Assembly (NCBI GenBank): GCA_965248195.1
Contig: CBDFIQ010000001.1
Location: 288,001 to 352,000, forward strand
DNA from: Longimicrobiales bacterium
GTDB taxonomy: Bacteria > Gemmatimonadota > Gemmatimonadetes > Longimicrobiales > Gaopeijiaceae
Reading direction: 5' to 3'
DNA: 64,000 nucleotides
Part shown: positions 30,129 to 39,306 of the stretch, one piece after another
Layout of the letters: every line of letters starts with the position of its first letter
How positions within the stretch are numbered: the first letter of the stretch is position 1
Translations under genes and position numbers: made by a program
The notes under the pieces: generated by a model
Database searches by the model: none
What the model was told of the DNA's origin: nothing
The model's input: only the letters and a program-made list of their open reading frames with translations

Positions 30129-31523
30129 ATGGAGTTCATCACAGGAAAGCACATCTCCCGCCGCGAGGTTCTGCGCGGTCTAGGCGTGACGGTTGCGTTG
30201 CCGTTCCTGGACGCGATGATACCCGCGGGGAGGTTGTGGGCTAAATCAGGTATGGCCGCTGCGGCCGACCCCACGCGCCTGGTGTGCATCGAGATGGTGC
30301 ACGGTGCAGCCGGATGCAACGAATGGGGAGCTACCCAGAACCTGTGGTCACCGGCCAACGTGGGCCGTGACTTCGACCTCTCGCCCACGAGCATCGCACC
30401 GCTCGAGCCGTTCCGGGACTATCTGACCATCATCAGCAATACGGACGTGCAGGGAGCCGAGGCCGAGATACCCAAAGAGATCGGCGGGGATCACTTCCGC
30501 TCGAGTGCCGTGTTCCTTACGCAGGCCCATCCCAAACAAACCGAGAGCTCGGACGTCGAGGCAGGTGCCTCGCTGGACCAGCTCTATGCAAACCGGTTCG
30601 GCCAGGACACGCCCATTCCGTCCATGCAGCTCTGTATCGAGACCGTGGATCAAGCAGGTGGATGCGCTTACGGGTACTCCTGCGTGTATACGGATACGAT
30701 CAGTTGGGCGGCGCCCGACGAGCCTCTTCCAATGATTCGGGATCCTCGGATCGCCTTCGACCAGCTTTTCGGCGCCGGGGGCAGTGCGGAGCAGCGAGCC
30801 GCACGCCGGCGGAGCAGCAGTAGCATTCTCGACTGGATCACGGATGACGTGGCTCAGCTGAAGAGGGGCCTGAGGCCGAGCGACAGGCGGCGCATGGACC
30901 AGTATCTGGAGAACATCCGCGAGATCGAGCGACGGATCCAGGGGATCGAAGCGTACAACGCGAGCGGTGAAGTGCGGGAGTTGCCAGAGGCGCCTGCCGG
31001 CGTGCCGGATTCGTTCGATGAGCACGTCCGGCTGATGTTCGACTTGCAGGCTCTGGCGTTCGAAGCGGATATGACACGCGTCTTCTCGTTCAAGATGGGG
31101 CGCGATGCTTCGTCGCGGGTTTACCCGGAAAGTGGCTCCGACAAGCCGTTCCACCCCGCGTCCCATCACGGAGGCAATCCCGAGGCGGTCCTCGAGTTCG
31201 CCCAGATCAACCAATACCACGTCGGCTTGGTGCCGTACTTCCTCGAGAAGCTGCAGAACACGATGGAGGGGGACGGCACGCTACTCGACAAGACCATGAT
31301 CATCTACGGGTCTCCCATGGCTGACGGGAACCTTCACAATCACAAGCGTTGTCCGCTCTTCGTGGTGGGAGGTGCGAACGGCCAACTCGAAGGCAACATG
31401 CACCTCTCGGCTCCGGCCGGAACGCCGATGGCGAATGTAATGCTGAGCCTCATGCACAACCTGGGCCTCGACGACATGCAAAGCTTTGGTGATAGCACGG
31501 GCGAGTTCCCGTTGACGATCTGA
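30129..31523 (+). CDS. DUF1552 (HxxSHH) protein, copy 2
   Basis: SRREVL; GGCAYGYSCVY; HPASHH; RBS GAGGAGG. Confidence 0.92.
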   Translation: MEFITGKHISRREVLRGLGVTVALPFLDAMIPAGRLWAKSGMAAAADPTRLVCIEMVHGAAGCNEWGATQNLWSPANVGRDFDLSPTSIAPLEPFRDYLTIISNTDVQGAEAEIPKEIGGDHFRSSAVFLTQAHPKQTESSDVEAGASLDQLYANRFGQDTPIPSMQLCIETVDQAGGCAYGYSCVYTDTISWAAPDEPLPMIRDPRIAFDQLFGAGGSAEQRAARRRSSSSILDWITDDVAQLKRGLRPSDRRRMDQYLENIREIERRIQGIEAYNASGEVRELPEAPAGVPDSFDEHVRLMFDLQALAFEADMTRVFSFKMGRDASSRVYPESGSDKPFHPASHHGGNPEAVLEFAQINQYHVGLVPYFLEKLQNTMEGDGTLLDKTMIIYGSPMADGNLHNHKRCPLFVVGGANGQLEGNMHLSAPAGTPMANVMLSLMHNLGLDDMQSFGDSTGEFPLTI

Positions 31524-31576
31524 CCGGGACGTCGCCCAGAAGACCTTCGGAGGAACACGGGAGGGGCACACGCTAT

Positions 31577-33394
31577 ATGTCGGACGGAAAAGCGAGAAGC
31601 GGACTACACGTTCACGTGATCGGGGCCCTGTGCCTCACCACCTTGCTCTGGACAGCGCACGCGGAGACGCCCGTCGCCGATGCCGCCATGCGTGGCGAAA
31701 TCGAAGTGGTGAGGGCGTTGCTGAAGCAGGGTGCGGATGTGAACGCCGCACAGGGGGACGGCATGACGGCGCTCCACTGGGCGGCGGAGAACGGGGATGT
31801 CGAGATCACGGCGATGCTCATCTTTGCCGGAGCCAACCTGGAAGGGGGGACCCGCCTGGGTGACTACACACCGCTGCACCTGGCCAGTAAAGCCGGGCAG
31901 GGGCCGGTGGTCGAGACGTTGTTGGGGGCCGGTGCCGACCCGAATGCCAGGACGTCGACAGGTGCCGCGACGCCCCTCCATTTCGCCGCCGCCGCCGGCA
32001 ACACAGAGGCTGTAGCAGCCCTGGTCGACCACGGTGCGGTGATGGACGCAAGGGAGTCCCAGTGGGGACAGACGCCCCTGATGTTCGCGGCGGCGTTCGA
32101 CCGGGTCGAGGCCGTGAACATGCTTCTGGAGCGTGGCGCAGACCTCACGATCACGGCGAAGGTCGTGGATATCATTGAACGCGAAGCCGAGGATCGGATC
32201 GCCCGCGCACGTCGCAACACGCTTCAGGTAGCGCTCCAGTCGACCCAGCAGCAGGGGGCCGAACCGCCGTCGCGTCCAGGTGCCGCGGCCGAGCCGCGTC
32301 GCGCGGCGGAGGAGCCGGCCCGGGGGCAGGGCGCCTATCCGAGCGAGCGGCCGGGGCCTACACAGGGGGCGCCGCAAGAGACGCCACTCCTCCCGGATGA
32401 GATCGATCCCCTTTCCTACGCCGACCTGGTGGGCACACACGGGGGTCTTTCGGCGCTCCTCCTCGCGGCTCGAGAAGGCCATGTCGAGTCCGTACGGGCT
32501 CTACTGGACGCTGGCGCCGACATCGATGCGTTGGGTGCGGGCGACCATACGAGTCCCATGCTGATGGCTGCGGTCAATGGCCACTTCGATTTGGTGGAGC
32601 AGCTCTTGGAGTGGGGAGCGGATCCGAATTTGGCGAGCGACGCGGGTGCCACGCCGCTCTATGCGGTGCTCAACATGGAGTGGGCGCCCAAAGCGCGTCA
32701 TGCACAGCCGGTCGACTATCGGCAGCAGGAGGTGGCCTACCTGAATTTGATGGAGATGCTGCTGGAGGCTGGAGTGGACCCCAATGTTCGACTGAAGAAG
32801 AACCTGTGGTACACGACGTACGGTCGGGACATGTTGGGTGTGAATCGAACGGGAGCGACGCCGTTTTGGCGTGCCGCCCATGCGACGGACGTCGCGGCCA
32901 TGCGCCTGCTTCTGGCCTACGGTGCGGATCCGAACATCCCGACCCAGGTGGTGCCCTCCCGAAGGGGCCGTCGGGATCAGCTAGAGGACCTGTCAGGGAT
33001 GCTGCCAGTTCCGGTCGGCGGGCCCGCAGTGGCCCCGATCCTCGCGGCCTCGGGCGTGGGGTATGGTCAGGGCTACGCAGGCAACACGCACCGGCATGTG
33101 CCGGACGGATGGATTCCGGCTGTGACGTTCCTCCACGAAGAGCTCGGTGCCGACGTGAACGCAAGGGATCATGACGGCTACTCTCCGGTCCACCACGCTG
33201 CGGCCAGGGGTGACAACGAGCTGATCCTCTACCTGGTCTCGCAGGGCGCCGACGTGACGTTGGTGAGCCGGCGAGGGCAGACCACCGTCGATATGGCGAA
33301 CGGCCCCGTGCAGCGTATCCAGCCGTTCCCCGCGACGATCGAGCTCCTCGAGAGCCTGGGCGCCATCAACAACCACAACTGTGTGTTATGCTGA
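31577..33394 (+). CDS. secreted ankyrin-repeat protein with C-terminal CxxC, copy 2
   Basis: Ankyrin repeats; ends NNHNCVLC. Confidence 0.92.
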   Translation: MSDGKARSGLHVHVIGALCLTTLLWTAHAETPVADAAMRGEIEVVRALLKQGADVNAAQGDGMTALHWAAENGDVEITAMLIFAGANLEGGTRLGDYTPLHLASKAGQGPVVETLLGAGADPNARTSTGAATPLHFAAAAGNTEAVAALVDHGAVMDARESQWGQTPLMFAAAFDRVEAVNMLLERGADLTITAKVVDIIEREAEDRIARARRNTLQVALQSTQQQGAEPPSRPGAAAEPRRAAEEPARGQGAYPSERPGPTQGAPQETPLLPDEIDPLSYADLVGTHGGLSALLLAAREGHVESVRALLDAGADIDALGAGDHTSPMLMAAVNGHFDLVEQLLEWGADPNLASDAGATPLYAVLNMEWAPKARHAQPVDYRQQEVAYLNLMEMLLEAGVDPNVRLKKNLWYTTYGRDMLGVNRTGATPFWRAAHATDVAAMRLLLAYGADPNIPTQVVPSRRGRRDQLEDLSGMLPVPVGGPAVAPILAASGVGYGQGYAGNTHRHVPDGWIPAVTFLHEELGADVNARDHDGYSPVHHAAARGDNELILYLVSQGADVTLVSRRGQTTVDMANGPVQRIQPFPATIELLESLGAINNHNCVLC

Positions 33395-33448
33395 TACGGG
33401 CGCTGCTCAACCGTCGAGGCCGGGGATACCGAGCCTGACAAGGCCGGG

Positions 33449-34114
33449 TTACTGATTCGCTTCTCCGGCCCGTATCTGGAGGACTTCGATCGTGGCACCC
33501 TGCGGGCAAAGTGTCGAATCGGCGATGCCCCCCTCGACGACGACGCGGTCTCCAGCCTCGAAGCCCGAGAGGTCCCCCACCAGGGTGTAGAGCACACCCT
33601 CGTCGGTCAGCAATCCGGGCACCGGGCAATCCCCGACTCCGTTCGTGATCCGACCTTGCCTCTCCACCGTTCCATCCGGAGTGAGCACGAAGAACTCGTC
33701 CGACACAGCGATCGGGATGAAGTAGAAGTCGAAGACGATGAAAATGTGAGTCAGGTCGGGTTGCGTCCAGGACGGGACGGTCACCGTCAAGGAGAGCTCA
33801 CCCCTATCGTTGGTCATGGCCTGGCCGATCTCCTCGAAGCCCACTTCGGTGGCCCCAATGCCGATCCGTACCGGGGTGATCGCCGGCATGCCGGTCGCGC
33901 TGAGGGTGACGACCGTTCCGGCTCGCCCGCTTCGTGGAGAGAGGGTCTCGATCCGGCGAGACACGGCGTGCAGAGAGCTTTCCAGGGGATTGGGCGTCTG
34001 GGCGGCCACCTCCCGGCCCGGCCCGAAGCCCAAGACGATCCCCACGGCCGCGATCGCGACGACGGATAGAGGGCTCCCATCCCGGCGCCAAGGATTTACC
34101 TTATTGATCCGCAT
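33449..34114 (-). CDS. secreted protein, Ig-like N-domain + DUF5818-like C-domain
   Basis: Signal peptide; LSPRSGRAGTVVTL; C-terminal GDC..L.TDEG..Y.L.G...GDRVVVEG...CPQG; start uncertain. Confidence 0.6.
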   Translation of the reverse strand: MRINKVNPWRRDGSPLSVVAIAAVGIVLGFGPGREVAAQTPNPLESSLHAVSRRIETLSPRSGRAGTVVTLSATGMPAITPVRIGIGATEVGFEEIGQAMTNDRGELSLTVTVPSWTQPDLTHIFIVFDFYFIPIAVSDEFFVLTPDGTVERQGRITNGVGDCPVPGLLTDEGVLYTLVGDLSGFEAGDRVVVEGGIADSTLCPQGATIEVLQIRAGEANQ

Positions 34115-34284
34115 GAGTCTTCTCCGTCGCTTCTGGGCCTCTCGGGCCGAATCCATGCTGGCACCCCGGAATATAGGACGCCATCATCGGAGGACGATAG
34201 GGAGGGGACGACCCTTCGGTTTTCCGTTCCTGAAACCCCGGACAACTCGCTGTGTAGTCTCTCGGACACGCCATGGAGGTCTCA

Positions 34285-35091
34285 ATGAAAACACGCAGCG
34301 CGGTATACGGGCTGTTCCTGGTATTCGTCAGCGCGGGGCTCTCGGCCCAAGAGCGGCCCAATACGATGTTCCTCGAGGAGCTCACGTGGACCGAGGTGCG
34401 CGAAGCGATCGACAACGGCACCACGACGATCATCGTACCGACGGCCGGGACGGAGCAGAACGGACCGCACATGGTGCTCGGGAAGCACAAGTTCATCATC
34501 AACCACACGTCCGACCTCATCGCCCGCGAGCTGGACAACGCGCTCGTGGCTCCTGTGGTCACGTACGTGCCCGAGGGATCTGTCGAGAACATCGGCGGCC
34601 ATATGCGCTATGCGGGGACGATCACGCTCCCGAACGAGTACTTCATGAAGCTGCTGGAGTACGCGGCGCGGAGCCTGGCGATCCATGGCTTCACCGACAT
34701 CGTCTTCATCGGCGACAGCGGCGGAAATCAGGGCGGAATGCGGGACGTATCAGCCATGCTCAACGAGGAGTGGGCGGGCGAGCCGGCTCGAGTCCACTTC
34801 GTAGGAGACTACTACTCCGCTTCACGCACGGAATTCCGGGAATGGTTGATGGAGGAGCACGGTGAGACCGACGAGACGATCGGCGGCCACGCCGGGATCA
34901 GCGACACGTCGCAGCTCCTCTACGTCGCGCCCCAGCACATCCGAGGGGACCGGCTGGCTCCCCTCGGTGGTGGCGAAGGCAGCGGGGTCTCGGGCGATCC
35001 CACGAGGGCATCGTTCGAGCGGGGCCGGAGGGGGATCGAGGTCAAGGTCGAAACGGCGCTGCGGCAGATCCGGGAGCTCATGCGAGGGTAG
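34285..35091 (+). CDS. secreted creatininase-family protein
   Basis: LEELTWTEVR, GTEQNGPH..GKH, GDSGGN, GHAGISDTS, GDPTRAS; RBS GGAGGT. Confidence 0.9.
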   Translation: MKTRSAVYGLFLVFVSAGLSAQERPNTMFLEELTWTEVREAIDNGTTTIIVPTAGTEQNGPHMVLGKHKFIINHTSDLIARELDNALVAPVVTYVPEGSVENIGGHMRYAGTITLPNEYFMKLLEYAARSLAIHGFTDIVFIGDSGGNQGGMRDVSAMLNEEWAGEPARVHFVGDYYSASRTEFREWLMEEHGETDETIGGHAGISDTSQLLYVAPQHIRGDRLAPLGGGEGSGVSGDPTRASFERGRRGIEVKVETALRQIRELMRG

Positions 35092-35145
35092 GGTGCATCG
35101 CGCCAGGCGGCCTACCAGCCCCGGGGGTGCTGGAGCGTAGCGACG

Positions 35146-35391
35146 CTAGTCGTTATGAGCCTGCTCGTACTTCCGCTGCTCGATCACGCGCTCCGTCGCT
35201 TGGGCCTTGTCACGCTTCTTCGCGGCTCTCATGCTCATGGCCCTCGTGGACGATGAGTGGACCCTCGGTAGGGAGAGCAACCGCTTGAGATCCTGGCTCT
35301 GGCAGGAGGGGCACTCAGGCTCTGTGTCTCCCCGGACCAATGTCTCGAACTCATGCCCGCACGCTTCACAGGAGTACTCGTAGATCGGCAT
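35146..35391 (-). CDS. FmdB-family zinc-ribbon protein
   Basis: MPIYEYSCEACGHEFE...CPSC. Confidence 0.9.
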   Translation of the reverse strand: MPIYEYSCEACGHEFETLVRGDTEPECPSCQSQDLKRLLSLPRVHSSSTRAMSMRAAKKRDKAQATERVIEQRKYEQAHND

Positions 35392-35502
35392 TTATTCCTC
35401 CATTTGGACCCCCTAATGTTCCACGAAAGACGGGCACCGGGCAAGCTCTCGACGTGATGGAGGTCCTCCTTACGGGCGTCGATCCGCGCGTTTCATTGAG
35501 GA

Positions 35503-36012
35503 TCAGTCCCTGCCGGGGTCGATCCGCACGATGGTGTAGATAATCGACTCTGGAATCTCGGAGAAGTAGTGCGGCGTGCCCGCTGCGATGATGATAATGT
35601 CGCCCTCGGCGACCTGACGGGTCACCGCACCTTCCATGCCGTTCCCCGTCCACCCGGGCCCCGACGTCCCGGGTCGGCGAGCCGTGCTCCCACTCCCACG
35701 GGGCCGCGGATCGATCAGGCGCCCGCCGGTGACCATTGTGCCTGAGCCTTCCAGGACGGTGTAGACCTCGGTGACTTCGCTGTGGATCGTGCCGGCGACG
35801 ACGTTCGCCGCCCGGCCCCGAGAAACGACAGCGACGCTGACATCATACCCGCCCACATCGAGGGTCCGTATCGGCGTGTCAATGATGCCGGGCACGATCT
35901 CGATCGCGTTCTCCAAGGTGGCTTGAATGTCGCCGGCCGTCACATCGACCGCCGGGATGGATGTCGAGCCCGCCTGCGCTAGCACGAGCAAGGCTCCAAG
36001 AATGTTCGACAT
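35503..36012 (-). CDS. secreted cupin-domain protein
   Basis: IHSEVTEVY.VLEGSGT..TGG, GDIIIIAAGTPHYF. Confidence 0.8.
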   Translation of the reverse strand: MSNILGALLVLAQAGSTSIPAVDVTAGDIQATLENAIEIVPGIIDTPIRTLDVGGYDVSVAVVSRGRAANVVAGTIHSEVTEVYTVLEGSGTMVTGGRLIDPRPRGSGSTARRPGTSGPGWTGNGMEGAVTRQVAEGDIIIIAAGTPHYFSEIPESIIYTIVRIDPGRD

Positions 36013-36201
36013 GGCCCCTCCGTTCCTTGTTCACGACGACCTTACGCATCAAACTCGATCGACCGGATTATAGGTGGAGAGCCGTTGTCGCGCAGCCTTT
36101 GAAGGCTGGAGTCCACCCCCATTCACTCACCGCCGGCCATCCACACATGCGCTCGTCCGACCCTTGCATGGGCAGACGGCAAGCGTTCACCTTGAGTCAC
36201 C

Positions 36202-37185
36202 ATGTTTGTGCCTGAGGCCTTTCCGATCGCTCTGCTCATGATGATCACCAGCATGATTTGCTGGGGATCGTGGGCAAACACCTACAAGCTGACCAAGGGC
36301 TATCGGTTCGAGCTGTTCTACTGGGACTATGCGATCGGGATCTTTCTGATCTCTGTGGTCCTGGCGCTGACGCTCGGCTCGATGGGGTCGACGCCCGAGG
36401 GTTTCTTCCTCAACGTGCGTCTGGCGGACCCGTCCAACGTCGCGTACGCCATGGTCGGCGGGGTGATCTTCAACGTGGCCAATCTGCTGCTCGTAGCGGG
36501 AATCGAGCTCGTCGGGCTGGCGGTGGCGTTTCCCGTGGCGATCGGCATCGCGCTCGTGGTCGGCGTCGTCCTCAGCTACGCCGTTCAGCAGACCGGCGAT
36601 CCGTGGCTGCTCGGACTGGGAGTCTCCCTCGCCATCGTGGCCGTCATCATGGACGGCCAGGCGTACGCCAGGCTGAGCGCCCAGCGTCAGGTCGTTCCGC
36701 GGAAGGGCATCATGGTATGTCTCGTGTCGGGGCTTCTGATGGGATTGTTTGCACCCTTTGTGACGAGGGCGCTCACGGCCGGGGAGCCCTTGGGTCCGTA
36801 CAGCATCGCGGTGTTCTTCACGCTTGGTGCCTTGCTCTCGTGCTTCATCGTGAACGTGTACTTCATGAGGCATCCGATTGCCGGCCCGCCAGTGACGTTC
36901 GGTGACTACGTGTCGGCTCGGCCCGTCGACCACGGCCTCGGGATTCTGGGTGGGGCCGTCTGGGGCGTCGGAACCGTCTTCAATTTCGTCGCGGCGAGCC
37001 TGGTCGGAGTGGCGATCGCGTATGCGATCGGCCAGGCGGCTCCGATGGTCGCCGCGGCATGGGGCGTCTTCGTATGGAGCGAGTTTCGGGGGGCTCCACG
37101 CAGCTCCTGGCTGTATCTGGGTGCGATGTTCATCCTGTACCTTCTGGCCATCGTTGTCATCTCGCGGGCGTACCTGGCCGGATGA
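36202..37185 (+). CDS. DMT-superfamily transporter (GRP sugar / ureide permease-like)
   Basis: About 10 hydrophobic segments; CWGSWANT, RFELFYWDY, GQAAPMVAAAWGVFVW.EF. Confidence 0.85.
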   Translation: MFVPEAFPIALLMMITSMICWGSWANTYKLTKGYRFELFYWDYAIGIFLISVVLALTLGSMGSTPEGFFLNVRLADPSNVAYAMVGGVIFNVANLLLVAGIELVGLAVAFPVAIGIALVVGVVLSYAVQQTGDPWLLGLGVSLAIVAVIMDGQAYARLSAQRQVVPRKGIMVCLVSGLLMGLFAPFVTRALTAGEPLGPYSIAVFFTLGALLSCFIVNVYFMRHPIAGPPVTFGDYVSARPVDHGLGILGGAVWGVGTVFNFVAASLVGVAIAYAIGQAAPMVAAAWGVFVWSEFRGAPRSSWLYLGAMFILYLLAIVVISRAYLAG

Positions 37186-37217
37186 ACGGATGTCGAGAAC
37201 GAGGGCATGATGTGACG

Positions 37218-38255
37218 ATGAAGCTTGGGCGTGTGCTCTGCCTGACGGCGCTGGTGGTGTCCATGGATACTGGAGGCGCGGTTGCTCAGCAGCACAGGGT
37301 GATCTTCGACACCGACTTTGCGGTCCCTCCGCAGGACGATGGGATGGCGCTGATCTTGGCGTTGCACTCCCCGGAGATCGAGATCCTGGGCCTCACGACG
37401 GTCGCGGGGAACTTCAGCATGGAGCGCGCCACCAGCGATGTGCTTCGGGTGCTCGAGATTGCTCAGCGGACGGACATCCCCGTGTATCGCGGGGCCGACA
37501 TGCCGCTCGTTCACGAGAAATCGGACTACGCCGCGCTCGTTTGGGGCGAGTGGTGGTCCGACGAGCCACCGCCGCCACCGCCGGGTGGGTTTGCCACGAA
37601 GCAGGCCGAGGCGATCGGAGCTGCCGAGTTCATCGTGCAGACGGTGAAAGCGCATCCAGGTGAGATCACGATCCTGGCGATCGGGCCGCTCACGAACGTC
37701 GCGATGGCGATCAGACAGGCGCCGGATATCGCACCCAACGTGAAGCAGATCGTGATCATGGGTGGCGCCATCGCCCGGCTGCCGGACGGGCACGGCAACG
37801 TCACGCCAAACGCCGAGTTCAACTTCTGGGTAGACCCGGAGGCCGCTCGCGCTGTGCTCAGGTCCGGCATTCCGATCGTCCTCTCGCCGCTCAACGTCTC
37901 GCGGAAGACGGGCCTGACGAAAGAGTGGTACGAGCGGATGGCCGCCACGGATACGCCGATCACGCGCCTCATCCGAGCGACGATGGGGCCGCGGTTCGAG
38001 AGCCGTCCGGACGCGAGTGAGCTCATGTACGACCAGGTCGCCGTGGCCAGTTTGATCGACCCGTCCCTCGTCACGACGCGCGAGCTCTACGTGGACGTCG
38101 ACGATACGCCGGGCCTCAATTACGGCGTGTCGGTCGGCGGCGATCAGATCTGGCCCGGGGCAGAAGGGGCGCAGCGCATGAGCGTGCAATACGACCTCGA
38201 CTGGGAGCGCTTCATCACCATGTTCGTCGAGCGTGTCACGCGCCCCATCCCTTAG
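37218..38255 (+). CDS. nucleoside hydrolase (IU-NH family) with predicted signal peptide
   Basis: IFDTD....QDD, TTVAGN, IGPLTNVA, MGG, GNVTPNAEFNFWVDPEAA. Confidence 0.9.
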   Translation: MKLGRVLCLTALVVSMDTGGAVAQQHRVIFDTDFAVPPQDDGMALILALHSPEIEILGLTTVAGNFSMERATSDVLRVLEIAQRTDIPVYRGADMPLVHEKSDYAALVWGEWWSDEPPPPPPGGFATKQAEAIGAAEFIVQTVKAHPGEITILAIGPLTNVAMAIRQAPDIAPNVKQIVIMGGAIARLPDGHGNVTPNAEFNFWVDPEAARAVLRSGIPIVLSPLNVSRKTGLTKEWYERMAATDTPITRLIRATMGPRFESRPDASELMYDQVAVASLIDPSLVTTRELYVDVDDTPGLNYGVSVGGDQIWPGAEGAQRMSVQYDLDWERFITMFVERVTRPIP

Positions 38256-38273
38256 CATAGGTGCCAGGAGCGA

Positions 38274-39236
38274 ATGAGCCGTTCGCCACGTATCGCTGTC
38301 GTCGGGAGCGCGAACGTCGATCTTACGACGTTGGTTCATCGCTTCCCGAAGCCGGGCGAGACCGTCTTCGGAAGGGAGTTTCATCTCGGGTTCGGCGGGA
38401 AAGGAGCCAACCAGGCTGTAGCGGCGCGCCGGTGCGGTGCGGACGTCCAGATGGTGGCGCGGGTGGGGGATGACCTCTTCGGGCCCGCGACCATCGAGCA
38501 CATCGATGCAGAAGGGATCGACACCACGCACGTCGAAGCGATCGCGAACACGTCGACCGGCGTCGCGCCGATCCTGGTGGACGACACGGGACAGAACTCT
38601 ATTCTCGTGGTCAAGGGTGCGAACGACCTGCTCATGCCCGGCGACGTCGACCGCGCAGCCGAGGCCCTCTCGCAGGCCGACTGCATCGTTTTGCAGCTCG
38701 AGATTCCACTGGAAACCGTGTACCACACGATCGAGCTGGCACGGTCACATGGTATTCGTTGCATCCTGAACCCTGCTCCGGGGCAGCCCTTGGACCTGGC
38801 GCGCATCGCATCGGTCGACTATCTGATCCCGAACGAGAGCGAAGCAGAAGAGATCGGTGGCATGGCCGTGCAGAGCAGCGGGGACGCAGCGGCGTGCGCA
38901 GCAGGGCTTCTTGATCGGGGCATTCAACGGGTCGTCATCACCCTCGGTGCGCAGGGCGCGCTGGTTGCGGGAAGCGACGGCACACGAGTCGTGCCGCCCT
39001 TTGAAGTCGAAGCGATCGACACGACCGGTGCCGGAGATGCGTTCATCGGCAGCTTCGCGACGTTCCTCGCCGAGGGCCGATCAGAGGGAGACGCACTCGA
39101 GCAGGCGAGCCTTTATGCTGCACTCTCCACGACCCGGGTCGGCACGCGTGAGGCGTTTCTCGACCGGGCGGCGTTCGAGAAGGAGCGAGAGAGACGGCAG
39201 GGAGACACGGAGGCAAGCGCGCGAGCGGGGTCCTGA
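38274..39236 (+). CDS. rbsK: ribokinase
   Basis: GSANVD, GGKGANQAVAA, LQLEIP, NPAP, PNESE, DTTGAGDAF. Confidence 0.9.
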   Translation: MSRSPRIAVVGSANVDLTTLVHRFPKPGETVFGREFHLGFGGKGANQAVAARRCGADVQMVARVGDDLFGPATIEHIDAEGIDTTHVEAIANTSTGVAPILVDDTGQNSILVVKGANDLLMPGDVDRAAEALSQADCIVLQLEIPLETVYHTIELARSHGIRCILNPAPGQPLDLARIASVDYLIPNESEAEEIGGMAVQSSGDAAACAAGLLDRGIQRVVITLGAQGALVAGSDGTRVVPPFEVEAIDTTGAGDAFIGSFATFLAEGRSEGDALEQASLYAALSTTRVGTREAFLDRAAFEKERERRQGDTEASARAGS

Positions 39237-39306
39237 CGCATACGAATGGCGAACACCTAGGGGAGTGTGGCTGCATGCCACCGAACGTTTCGAGGAGGAT
39301 AGTCCT

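Noticed and set aside
36906..38726. 606-aa minus-strand ORF and similar long antisense ORFs (7593-8780, 22239-23468, 41163-42293, 42540-43667)
   Set aside because: Shadow frames opposite well-supported genes, expected at high GC; no recognisable motifs
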